From assembly GCA_028716245.1 (NCBI GenBank), contig JAQUQW010000002.1, positions 229,346 to 293,345 on the forward strand: a DNA stretch of 64,000 bases, given 5' to 3'. Positions 55,888-64,000 of this stretch are shown piece by piece (within the stretch, counting starts at the first letter, position 1; the number at the start of each line of letters is the position of its first letter). A model generated the notes under the pieces. The model saw only the letters and a program-made list of their open reading frames with translations, ran no database searches and was not told where the DNA came from. The position numbers were made by a program, and so were the translations under genes. This DNA is from Candidatus Omnitrophota bacterium. GTDB taxonomy: Bacteria; Omnitrophota; Gorgyraeia; Gygaellales; Profunditerraquicolaceae.

Positions 55888-55961
55888 GCGCCTGTAGCTC
55901 AACTGGATAGAGCATCAGTCTTCGGAACTGATTGTTGCTGGTTCGACCCCAGCCAGGCGCA
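55888..55961 (+). tRNA. tRNA-Arg (anticodon TCG)
   Basis: GCGCCTGTAGCTCAACTGGATAGAGCATCAGTCTTCGGAACTGATTGTTGCTGGTTCGACCCCAGCCAGGCGCA; loop CTTCGGA. Confidence 0.85.
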
Positions 55962-55969
55962 TAAAGCCT

Positions 55970-55998
55970 TTGACTATCTTAGACGGGGGCGTATAATA
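55970..55998 (+). promoter_or_regulatory. consensus sigma70 promoter (TTGACT-17-TATAAT) driving the lipoprotein cluster
   Basis: TTGACT ~55970-55975, TATAAT ~55993-55998; AAGGAG SD at ~56013 and GTG start 56026. Confidence 0.55.
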
Positions 55999-56025
55999 AA
56001 TCATATTTAAAATCAAGGAGATACA

Positions 56026-57474
56026 GTGATAATATGGGATTATCAGAATAAGGGCAGCTTATTGATTTATTTAGGGGTAATTTGCCTATCTCTTTTAGTT
56101 TCGGGTTGCGCTTCAACAAGCACTTTCAATTCGTATTCCTCCCAGCTTAATCCCATGATAAATGATATGCGAAACAGTAAGCCAATTGATCTTACAAGGC
56201 AGTTTAACGGTAGAATAAATTCTAGCGATAAAATTCTTTATTTAACGGAAATGGGACGCATTGCACAAATTCAAGGTGATTTTGTTAGAAGTAAGAAGAG
56301 TTTTGAATCCGCGATCCAAGCAATTAAAGAATCTGACCAGAAGGCCGTCATGAGTGCTTCCGGTGCCGTAGCGCAAGCATCAAGTGTTATCGTAAACGAT
56401 AATACTATCCCTTATAAGGGAGATGGGTATGAGCGTGTAATGCTGCATCATTTTCAGGCCTTAAACTATCTTGCGCAGAATGATGTCGAAAATGCCGGTG
56501 TTGAGATACGCCTTGCAAACGCAGAGCAAGAGAATGCTCTCAAATTACATGAGCAGGAAATTGAGCGCGCGCAGGAATCGGCTAGAAAACAGAACATATC
56601 TGGCCAAGAACCAGGTGCGGTAGTTAATGCTTACGCGCAAATGGATGCTGCCATAGGCGGCATTAAAAGTTCTTTTCAGAATGCTGCCACTTTTTATTTA
56701 TCAGGAGTTATATATGAGGCCTTAAGTCAGGCCAACGATGCCTATATCGATTATAAAAAAGCGCTGGAAATCTTTCCTAACAATATATATCTCCAAAAGG
56801 ACGCTATACGTCTGGCAAGGCAACTTAATATGGGCTCAGACTTAAATAAATTCAAGTCTCTTTATCCAGCAGCCTTTGAAATTAAACAATCTGTTCCTAA
56901 AAATAGCGGAGAATTGATTGTTTTATTCGATGATGATTTCGTAGCCCAAAAACAACAAATAAAAATTCCTATTCCAATTTCACTCCAAACGATTAATTTT
57001 ATTGCCGTGGCTTTTCCCATATATAATATAAGACCGTTTAATCCTGCTGGATTATATATTCAAGAGTTTGGCAATATGCTTGGAGAGACCCAGCCGATTT
57101 GCAATCTTAATGCGCTAGCCCTCAAATCATTAAAGGAAAAAGTTCCTGTTGTCACTATTCGTCAGTTAATCCGGGCCGGGGCAAAGGCTTCAATGGCAAA
57201 AGTTGCTGAAAAACAAGGCGGATGGCTAGGTTCTTTAGCTGCTAGTGTTTACAATGTTTTTAGCGAGAATGCCGATTTGCGCAGTTGGGTTACGCTCCCT
57301 GCTGATGTACAGATTATGCGTTTAAATCTTTCTCCAGGGGAACACCAGTTTAATATCTTCCATAAAGAATCCGATGCTAATACCGCATTAAATGTTAATA
57401 TAAAGGAAAAAACCAAAACAATCGTTTATATAATTCGTGCTGGAAATAAGTTATATTCTAAGGTAATGTTATAG
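56026..57474 (+). CDS. TPR-containing lipoprotein (Cj0089/COG3014-like?)
   Basis: Lipobox LLVSGCAST; 482 aa; TPR-like helical region; first gene of operon ending in LpoB-like gene. Confidence 0.55.
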   Translation: MIIWDYQNKGSLLIYLGVICLSLLVSGCASTSTFNSYSSQLNPMINDMRNSKPIDLTRQFNGRINSSDKILYLTEMGRIAQIQGDFVRSKKSFESAIQAIKESDQKAVMSASGAVAQASSVIVNDNTIPYKGDGYERVMLHHFQALNYLAQNDVENAGVEIRLANAEQENALKLHEQEIERAQESARKQNISGQEPGAVVNAYAQMDAAIGGIKSSFQNAATFYLSGVIYEALSQANDAYIDYKKALEIFPNNIYLQKDAIRLARQLNMGSDLNKFKSLYPAAFEIKQSVPKNSGELIVLFDDDFVAQKQQIKIPIPISLQTINFIAVAFPIYNIRPFNPAGLYIQEFGNMLGETQPICNLNALALKSLKEKVPVVTIRQLIRAGAKASMAKVAEKQGGWLGSLAASVYNVFSENADLRSWVTLPADVQIMRLNLSPGEHQFNIFHKESDANTALNVNIKEKTKTIVYIIRAGNKLYSKVML

Positions 57475-57487
57475 GGTATAGAGTTAT

Positions 57488-58492
57488 ATGGAGGCTGAGA
57501 TGATGAAAAAATACACTTTAGCTGCGCTTTTAATGGCCGCATTTTTATTTACATCGGTTTTTGCTGCTGAGCCTGATCAGAAAGAATTGGGTTCTAAGAT
57601 TAAAGTTGCTATCTTTGTTCAAAATCGAGCGGATTCATTTTTACTGAAAAAGTTAGGCACCTTTAATGATTTAATCACCAGCCGTCTTACGCAAAAAGGG
57701 CTTACTGTTATAGACAAAAATGATGTATTGGCTAAATTTAGAGAATCGCGTGTAGCTGAGCCCGGTCTCTCTAATACGATTAAGATGCTCACGGATATCG
57801 TTAAAGCCATAAAAACAGAAGCTCCAGTTGAGACGATTAGTGATGGCAGCGCGCTACGAATATCTCAAATGATCGGAGCAGACTATTTACTTTTTGTTTC
57901 CATTGTTTCTTTCGGTGAAGAGCATAAGAAATTTAAAGGAGAAGGCACTATCTATGGCACTAATACAGAAGCCGCAGATTACATTCTGCGTCTTTCTATT
58001 AAAGTTTTAGATGGATCTCAGGGGGGAAGCATATTTGCCGATATCGCTACAGTTTCTGAACGCATGGCGTATCTGCCAAGCCTTGAGATTCAATCGAGTG
58101 AGATTATTAATAAGCTGCTAGATGCAGGCTCATTAAAGTTGGCGGACAGCATATCCACGAAGATTGGCGACATTCGTAAAGCCGAACCCCAAAAGTTACC
58201 ACCTGTAAATTTTACTATTAAAAGTAATGTTGACGGAGCAACAGTTGAATTAGATGGTGCGGCTATTGGTTCGACTTCAGGTAATTTCAAGGCTAGCCCA
58301 GGATTGCATCAGATACGTATTTCAAAAGAGCGCTTTGCTACCTGGGAGAAAACTGTAAATATTTATGCGGGTCAGGCCCTCAATGTAAAGTTAGAGTTGT
58401 CTAGCGAGGGTCTTGAAAGAGCGAAAGAACAAAAAGATATAGATAGCCTGCTGTATCGGGTTACAAAAGATAAGAAGGGAGATGACAAATGA
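57488..58492 (+). CDS. secreted protein: LpoB/CsgG-fold N-domain + C-terminal PEGA-like domain
   Basis: Signal peptide; KIKVAIFVQNRADS...ADYLLFVSIVSF...ILRLSIKVLDGSQGG pattern shared with LpoB/CsgG family; C-term NFTIKSNVDGATVELDG...GLHQIRISKERFATWEKTVNI resembles PEGA. Confidence 0.45.
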   Translation: MEAEMMKKYTLAALLMAAFLFTSVFAAEPDQKELGSKIKVAIFVQNRADSFLLKKLGTFNDLITSRLTQKGLTVIDKNDVLAKFRESRVAEPGLSNTIKMLTDIVKAIKTEAPVETISDGSALRISQMIGADYLLFVSIVSFGEEHKKFKGEGTIYGTNTEAADYILRLSIKVLDGSQGGSIFADIATVSERMAYLPSLEIQSSEIINKLLDAGSLKLADSISTKIGDIRKAEPQKLPPVNFTIKSNVDGATVELDGAAIGSTSGNFKASPGLHQIRISKERFATWEKTVNIYAGQALNVKLELSSEGLERAKEQKDIDSLLYRVTKDKKGDDK

Positions 58493-59478
58493 AATTTCTA
58501 AAAGAAAAGTTGTTCCTTGCAGTAATATTCATGGGCTCATCTTTATTAGTTAGTATTCCTTTGGTATCGGCGGAAGAACATGGTCAGGAAGGGAAAGACA
58601 CGATTTTAATTGGCCGCATTCAGATTCAACCTTCAGTTCAGGAAATGGCGCAGGCCAAGGGTTATAATTTGCAGTTGAAACGCGTTGCAGAGTCTATTGA
58701 GTCACAACTTATAAATACTTTAGGCGCTTCAGAATTATTTCTTATGGTAGAACGTAAACGCAAAAGCGATATAGAATTGGAACAAGCTTTCGCTGCGGTA
58801 GCAACTAATCCTGGGGATAAAAATGCGGCACAGGTTTTGAAAATGACAGGAGCTAAGTATATATTTCTTCCCCAAATTGATGGTTTTGAAGATATCGTTG
58901 AAACTCAAGAACATGCTGCTATAGGCAGGGTATCTAGAGAGAGAAAGTTATATCTTTCAGTTGTTGTGCAGATCGTAGACGCAACGACTGCAGAAATGTT
59001 GCCTGCTATTGCGAGCATTCAGATTGAGAAAAGATTAGATGCGGAAATGGTACGCCTGGGAACAGAGATGTCTAGCGAGAAAGGTTTGGTTGAACTTTCT
59101 AAGGAAATGGCAGAGAAACTCACCCAAAGCGTAGTTTGTGCTTTACGTCCTCCAACGATTTTAACAGTTACAGGACAACAGGTATTGATTAACCGAGGCC
59201 AAGATGCGGGTTTTAAAAATGGCGATGAAATTGAGATTTTTGCGACTCAACACATAAAGGATGCAGAAAATAACCGGTTTATAAAAAACGAGGCTCTAGT
59301 CGGTAAAGCTATTATTTTTCGCTCTGAACGCTCAAATAGTTCTGCTAATCTTACAGGGGAAAATTTGGGTGTCACAGGTGGCTGTATAGTTAAACCGGCT
59401 ATGAATAATTCTCAACCAACAGGGCAAAATGTTCTTACGCCAGGTTCAAGTGAAAAGCCTTTAAAATGGACTCAATAA
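58489..59478 (+). CDS. secreted protein with LpoB/CsgG-fold N-domain (paralog)
   Basis: Signal peptide; DTILIGRIQIQPS...AKYIFLPQIDGF...LYLSVVVQIVDATTAE same spacing pattern as neighbours. Confidence 0.4.
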   Translation: MKFLKEKLFLAVIFMGSSLLVSIPLVSAEEHGQEGKDTILIGRIQIQPSVQEMAQAKGYNLQLKRVAESIESQLINTLGASELFLMVERKRKSDIELEQAFAAVATNPGDKNAAQVLKMTGAKYIFLPQIDGFEDIVETQEHAAIGRVSRERKLYLSVVVQIVDATTAEMLPAIASIQIEKRLDAEMVRLGTEMSSEKGLVELSKEMAEKLTQSVVCALRPPTILTVTGQQVLINRGQDAGFKNGDEIEIFATQHIKDAENNRFIKNEALVGKAIIFRSERSNSSANLTGENLGVTGGCIVKPAMNNSQPTGQNVLTPGSSEKPLKWTQ

Positions 59479-59490
59479 AAGGGGGATTGT

Positions 59491-59946
59491 ATGGGATATA
59501 CTACAAAAAACAAAAATTACAATATTTTTAAGTTCCTTGGATTATTTGTGCTGATTTTTGCTTTAGCAGAAGTTTTGAATGGATGTGGAACTGCGGGTAT
59601 GGCAGGTTCGGCTAATGTAGTAGAAGGTCCTAATGGATATATGCAAGAAAGTAGAGTTGTGGTGTATAATAACTGGCTTGCCCATTATATTAAGATTACA
59701 GACTTAAAAAGCTTTTTTGTCGGGGATTTATTAAAGGCGAACGTCACAGTATTTTCAAAAGCATTAAGTACTCTAAATTTACAATATAAATTTAGGTGGT
59801 ATAATTCTCAGAGTTCAGAGGTAGAATCTGAGTCTTCGCCATGGCAACCACTAATCTTGTATGGAAAAGAGACCAAGAGCGTGCAAGCTGTAGCACCTAA
59901 TCCCAGCGTAAAAGAATTTAAAATCGAAATAAGATTTAGAGAATAA
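59491..59946 (+). CDS. small lipoprotein (YcfL/Cj0090-like position)
   Basis: Lipobox VLNGCGTAG; 151 aa; immediately upstream of LpoB-like gene as ycfL is in E. coli. Confidence 0.35.
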   Translation: MGYTTKNKNYNIFKFLGLFVLIFALAEVLNGCGTAGMAGSANVVEGPNGYMQESRVVVYNNWLAHYIKITDLKSFFVGDLLKANVTVFSKALSTLNLQYKFRWYNSQSSEVESESSPWQPLILYGKETKSVQAVAPNPSVKEFKIEIRFRE

Positions 59947-59962
59947 GAAGGAGTGAGCAGAT

Positions 59963-60571
59963 ATGAAAAAGAATAAATATTTATTAATCAGCAGTCTTGG
60001 GCTAAGTTTATTTATTTTTCCAGGATGTGCAACAGCACCTGTTGTCCAATATGGCGATGCACAAGCTTTACAGCAAATTTCCACTGATTTTAGTTCTTCC
60101 GACCTTCAGCAGATTGCTGCGTCCATGGTAGATTCCCTGTTGACTTTTCCGCCCATAGTTGAAGTTACGAATCAAAGGCGGCCTGTTATTACCGTAGATA
60201 AGATTAAGAATAAAACAATGCAGCACATTGATACAGAATCCGTTACTGATTCTATACGGGCAAAATTGGTTAAATCTGGAAAGTTTCGTTTTATTGATCG
60301 CAGCACCGATGAAGCAACTACCGATGAGGTTAAAACACAACAGGATAGCGGCCTAGTAGATAAAAGTACAGCTGTCCAATTTGGTAAACAGATAGGCGCT
60401 GAATATATGTTAACAGGTAATATATCAGAAATTCAGCAACATGGCGGTAGAGTGGAAGATGTATATTATAAGTTTACTCTTAATCTGAAAAATATCTCTA
60501 CAGGAATTTTGGAGTGGACGGACGAAAAGGAAATTAGGAAAGTAAGCAAGCGCCCAGTTTTTGGCACCTAA
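59963..60571 (+). CDS. LpoB-family lipoprotein (penicillin-binding-protein activator-like; COG3417)
   Basis: Lipobox IFPGCATAP; PVITVDKIKNKT...SIRAKLVKSGKFRFIDRS...GAEYMLTGNISEI...YKFTLNLKNISTGILEWTDEKEIRK matches LpoB C-domain pattern. Confidence 0.55.
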   Translation: MKKNKYLLISSLGLSLFIFPGCATAPVVQYGDAQALQQISTDFSSSDLQQIAASMVDSLLTFPPIVEVTNQRRPVITVDKIKNKTMQHIDTESVTDSIRAKLVKSGKFRFIDRSTDEATTDEVKTQQDSGLVDKSTAVQFGKQIGAEYMLTGNISEIQQHGGRVEDVYYKFTLNLKNISTGILEWTDEKEIRKVSKRPVFGT

Positions 60572-60609
60572 GCTGTATAGTAATTTACGTAAAAAGATAT
60601 TTTATTTTA

Positions 60610-60644
60610 CAGATATCCCCACAACTTTTGTGGGGATATCTGTA
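60610..60644 (+). repeat. perfect 15-bp hairpin ACAGATATCCCCACAA-CTTT-TTGTGGGGATATCTGT downstream of lipoprotein operon (terminator-like, no U-tract)
   Basis: Read directly from sequence. Confidence 0.5.
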
Positions 60645-60807
60645 ATAGTATGATAAAATAACCTTTTTAAAGAACAGCAAAATTCCCAGTGCAGTTGATA
60701 TCTTGGCCAAGCGCATAGATACAAGTTGGTCAGGAGAGCCGATTCTAGAAATAGTTGACAAAAAGGCAATTTTGTAATACTTTGATAAAGCGCTAGTTAC
60801 GTTATTT

Positions 60808-60880
60808 GGGCCATTAGCTCAATTGGCAGAGCAGGACACTCTTAATGTCAAGGTCGGTGGTTCGACTCCACCATGGCCCA
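60808..60880 (+). tRNA. tRNA-Lys (anticodon CTT)
   Basis: GGGCCATTAGCTCAATTGGCAGAGC...loop CTCTTAA...GGTTCGACTCCACC ATGGCCCA; preceded by TTGACA ~60753. Confidence 0.85.
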
Positions 60881-60907
60881 TTTTATTCATTCTACTAAAA
60901 AAACCCG

Positions 60908-61324
60908 ATGAAGAATTATGAAGTATTAGAGCATACCGCGGATATCGGCATCAGGGTAAAATCCTCATCTCTGGAAGGCCTGTTTAAGAGCGCCGGCCTG
61001 GCTATAACCGAGTTTTCCGCGAAAAAACAAAAAAATCAATTTCCGGAAAAACATAAATTTGTCATTACGCAAAAAGCAGCTAATGTCGAGGAGCTTTTTG
61101 TCAATTGGCTTAATGAGTTATTGTCCTTATCTTGCGCCGAGGCGCTTATCTTTGAAGATATCAAAATAAATCAGATCAACGAGCAGTTTGTCGACGCCGT
61201 CGCCACAGGAACCGACAACAGGAATTATAAGACAAGCGTCGAGATCAAGGCGGCAACCTACCATCAGCTTAAAGTCCAAAAAATTAACTCTCACTGGCAG
61301 GCAGAAGTAATTTTTGACGTTTAA
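60908..61324 (+). CDS. archease
   Basis: MKNYEVLEHTADIGIRV N-term signature; 138 aa. Confidence 0.85.
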   Translation: MKNYEVLEHTADIGIRVKSSSLEGLFKSAGLAITEFSAKKQKNQFPEKHKFVITQKAANVEELFVNWLNELLSLSCAEALIFEDIKINQINEQFVDAVATGTDNRNYKTSVEIKAATYHQLKVQKINSHWQAEVIFDV

Positions 61325-61332
61325 AAGTCAAA

Positions 61333-62787
61333 ATGCCCGATCATATCCAATTAGAAAAAATTGATGATTACCGCTGGCGTATTCCCAAAAGCTATAAACC
61401 GGGAATGCGGGTGCCCGGATTAATTTATGCCAGCGAAAAGCTGTTAGAGAGTATTTATAAGGATAAGGCGTTAGAGCAGGTGGCCAATGTGGCGTTTTTG
61501 CCCGGAATTGTCAAACATTCCCTGGCTATGCCTGATATTCATTGGGGTTACGGATTCCCAATCGGCGGAGTTGCGGCTACGGATATTGATGAGGGTGGGG
61601 TTATCTCACCCGGGGGAGTTGGTTTTGACATAAATTGCGGGGTAAGATTAGTAAAAACTAATTTAGGGTATGATGATGTTAAAGACAAGCTTGAAGATTT
61701 AACTAACCGTTTGTTTTCCGATGTGCCTGCCGGAGTCGGCTCTGAAGGTAATATCAGAGTAGGGACCAAAGAAGAGAAACAAATATTATTAAAAGGCAGC
61801 CGCTGGGCGGTAGAAAACGGATTTGGCACAGAGGATGACCTTGAATGTACTGAAGAAAACGGCGCAATCCAGGGAGCAGACCCGGAGGCGGTTTCCGAGC
61901 GCGCTTTTCAAAGAGGCAAAGCCCAATCAGGTACCCTGGGTTCGGGAAATCATTTTTTAGAGGTGCAGGTAATCGATCAACTTTATGACCGGGAGGCTTG
62001 CGATACGCTGGGCCTGAATTTAGGCCAGGTAATGGTAATGATCCATTCCGGTTCGCGCGGATTTGGCTACCAGATTTGCGAAGATTACGCGCGCAAGATG
62101 GTCGAAATTTTACCAAAATATAAAATAAATGTTCCCGACAGGCAGCTGGCTTGCGCGCCGGTTAACTCCAATGAAGGTAAGGCTTATTTGGGAGCAATGC
62201 GCTGCGCGGCAAATTATGCCTGGGCAAACCGCCAATGTCTGATGCATTTAACCCGGCAGGCGTTTGAGAAAGTATTTGGTTTGTCCTGGCAAAAACTGGG
62301 AATGTTTCTGATTTATGATGTTGCCCATAATATCGCCAAGATCGAGAAGCATGAGGTTGATGGCGTAAAGAAAAATCTTTGCGTGCACCGTAAAGGCGCC
62401 ACCCGCGCCTTTGGGCCGGGAAATCCGGCCATACCGGAAAGGTATAGAAAAATCGGCCAGCCGGTAATTATCCCCGGAGATATGGGTAGGAATTCATATT
62501 TGTTGGTGGGTACGCAAAAGGCAATGGAGGATACTTTTGGCAGCACTTGTCATGGGGCAGGCCGGCTGATGTCACGCACTGCCTCGGCCAAATCTACCAG
62601 CGCAGATATATTGTTGAAAGAATTAAGATCTAAAGGTATAATAGTGAAAGCTTCCGGCCGTAAAACCGTCGTCGAAGAGGCGCCAATGGCCTATAAAGAT
62701 GTAAATGAAGTGGTCGATGTGGTGGCCAACGCCGGAATCGGAAAACGCGTCTGCCGGATGCGGCCGCTGGGCGTAGTTAAAGGATAA
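61333..62787 (+). CDS. rtcB: RNA 3'-phosphate ligase RtcB
   Basis: 484 aa; [39 protein letters not shown] motifs. Confidence 0.95.
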   Translation: MPDHIQLEKIDDYRWRIPKSYKPGMRVPGLIYASEKLLESIYKDKALEQVANVAFLPGIVKHSLAMPDIHWGYGFPIGGVAATDIDEGGVISPGGVGFDINCGVRLVKTNLGYDDVKDKLEDLTNRLFSDVPAGVGSEGNIRVGTKEEKQILLKGSRWAVENGFGTEDDLECTEENGAIQGADPEAVSERAFQRGKAQSGTLGSGNHFLEVQVIDQLYDREACDTLGLNLGQVMVMIHSGSRGFGYQICEDYARKMVEILPKYKINVPDRQLACAPVNSNEGKAYLGAMRCAANYAWANRQCLMHLTRQAFEKVFGLSWQKLGMFLIYDVAHNIAKIEKHEVDGVKKNLCVHRKGATRAFGPGNPAIPERYRKIGQPVIIPGDMGRNSYLLVGTQKAMEDTFGSTCHGAGRLMSRTASAKSTSADILLKELRSKGIIVKASGRKTVVEEAPMAYKDVNEVVDVVANAGIGKRVCRMRPLGVVKG

Positions 62788-62789
62788 AA

Positions 62790-64000
62790 ATGTTAGATAT
62801 AAAATTTATTAGAGAAAATCAGGAGCTGGTCAAGAATTCGATTAAGAATCGCGCCCTGAAAATTGACATTGATGGCCTTATTAAAATTGATGACCAGCGC
62901 CGTAAGGCGTTGACGGAGTTTGAGGAATTAGCCTCTAAACGCAATAAAGCCAATGATGAGATCGGTGTTCTTTTAAAAGAAAAGAAAGACGCTAAAACTA
63001 AAATCGCTTCAATGAAGGAGATTTCAAAGCGTATCGGTGAGTTGGAAGCCCAGATTAAGGATAAGGAATCTCAGTTAAATAAACTGCTTTTAAATATTCC
63101 TAACGTTGCCCATGCTTCTTTACCGGTTGGCGATGCTTCCCAAAATAAAGTTGTGCGCAGCTGGGGGGAGCCCGGAAAATTAAATTTTAAACCGCTTAGC
63201 CACATCGAGCTTTGCCAGAATTTGGATATTGTGGATTTTAACCGCGCGACTAAAATTACCGGTTCCAATTTCATTCTTTTTAAAGGCTGGGGGGCAAAAC
63301 TTGAACGGGCGCTGATTAATTTTATGCTGGATTTGCATACGGACAAGCACGGTTATACGGAAATTTTTCCGCCATTTTTGGTTAACCGCGCCTCGATGCT
63401 GGGCACCGGGCAGCTGCCGAAATTAGAAGAGGATATGTATAAATTAAAAGATGATGACCTTTTTCTGATCCCCACTGCGGAGGTTCCGGTAACCAATATA
63501 TTCCGCGATGAAATATTGGAAGAAGAAAAACTGCCAATTTATTATACCGCCTATACTGCCTGCTTTAGAAGAGAAGCGGGTTCTTACGGCAAAGATACCC
63601 GGGGCCTGTCCCGCGTGCATGAATTTGATAAAATTGAGATGGTTAAATTTGTTAAGCCCGAAGATTCTTTTGACGAATTAGAAAAACTGGTAGCCAATGC
63701 CGAAAAAGTTTTACAGCTTTTGGAATTACCTTACCGGGTGGCCATGCTTTCCACGCAGGATTTGAGTTTTGCCGCCAGCAAATGCTATGATCTGGAGGTA
63801 TATGCCGCCGGAGCCGATAAGTGGCTTGAGGTATCCAGCTGCAGTAATTTTGAAAGTTTCCAGGCCCGCAGGGCAAATATCAGGTTCCGCCGCAAAGAGG
63901 GGAAAAAAGTCGAATTTGTGCATACCTTGAATGGCTCAGGCGTGGCCCTGGCCCGCACAGTGATAGCGATATTAGAAAATTATCAACAGGAGGATGGCTC
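62790..64000 (+). CDS. serS: seryl-tRNA synthetase (3'-truncated by window end)
   Basis: N-terminal coiled-coil arm then class II core ([27 protein letters not shown]); no stop before 64000. Confidence 0.9.
   Translation, partial: MLDIKFIRENQELVKNSIKNRALKIDIDGLIKIDDQRRKALTEFEELASKRNKANDEIGVLLKEKKDAKTKIASMKEISKRIGELEAQIKDKESQLNKLLLNIPNVAHASLPVGDASQNKVVRSWGEPGKLNFKPLSHIELCQNLDIVDFNRATKITGSNFILFKGWGAKLERALINFMLDLHTDKHGYTEIFPPFLVNRASMLGTGQLPKLEEDMYKLKDDDLFLIPTAEVPVTNIFRDEILEEEKLPIYYTAYTACFRREAGSYGKDTRGLSRVHEFDKIEMVKFVKPEDSFDELEKLVANAEKVLQLLELPYRVAMLSTQDLSFAASKCYDLEVYAAGADKWLEVSSCSNFESFQARRANIRFRRKEGKKVEFVHTLNGSGVALARTVIAILENYQQEDG

Overview
This window is a 64 kb chromosomal stretch with moderate GC (by eye) and almost every gene on the + strand. 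The gene content is that of a diderm bacterium with anaerobe-style energy metabolism: bamA-skp-lpxD-(lpxC::fabZ fusion)-lpxA-lpxI, a complete rnf cluster in the order rnfCGDEAB, and lgt. Housekeeping genes include ispE-spoVG-[tRNA-Gln]-glmU-prs-ctc-pth, rpsF-ssb-rpsR-rplI-dnaB, eno, ftsB, an ftsH-like gene (minus strand), a split transketolase, hisG, mnmA, nadA, uppP, mscL, two cspA-type genes, archease-rtcB and serS, plus six tRNAs. No CRISPR array, integrase or transposase was seen. The most interesting observations from the sequence are listed below. (1) The initiator-type tRNA(CAU) gene is split by a ~220 nt group I (IC3-like) self-splicing intron; its P7/P3 core is near-identical to the Azoarcus/Anabaena tRNA introns. 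(2) A previously unnamed ~50 nt module, GC-hairpin(CACCCGCGC/GCGCGGGTG) + small hairpin + AAGGAGG, occurs seven times, always ending just before start codons of unrelated genes, with compensatory covariation in the second hairpin. (3) An expanded cluster of LpoB/CsgG-fold lipoproteins (TPR lipoprotein, two LpoB-like+extra-domain paralogs, YcfL-like, LpoB-like) sits behind a consensus sigma70 promoter. (4) SpoVG carries a Zn-ribbon insertion. (5) Smaller novelties: a bS22-like 36-aa ultrabasic ORF, a MetS-like micro-ORF after the NSS transporter, a cNMP-binding/patatin protein translationally coupled to a leaderless GH1, MshEN+PilZ and PilZ c-di-GMP receptors, and palindromic operator candidates at the eno/ftsH and glmU promoters. 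Coordinates for non-ORF features were counted by hand and may be off by 1-2 nt.
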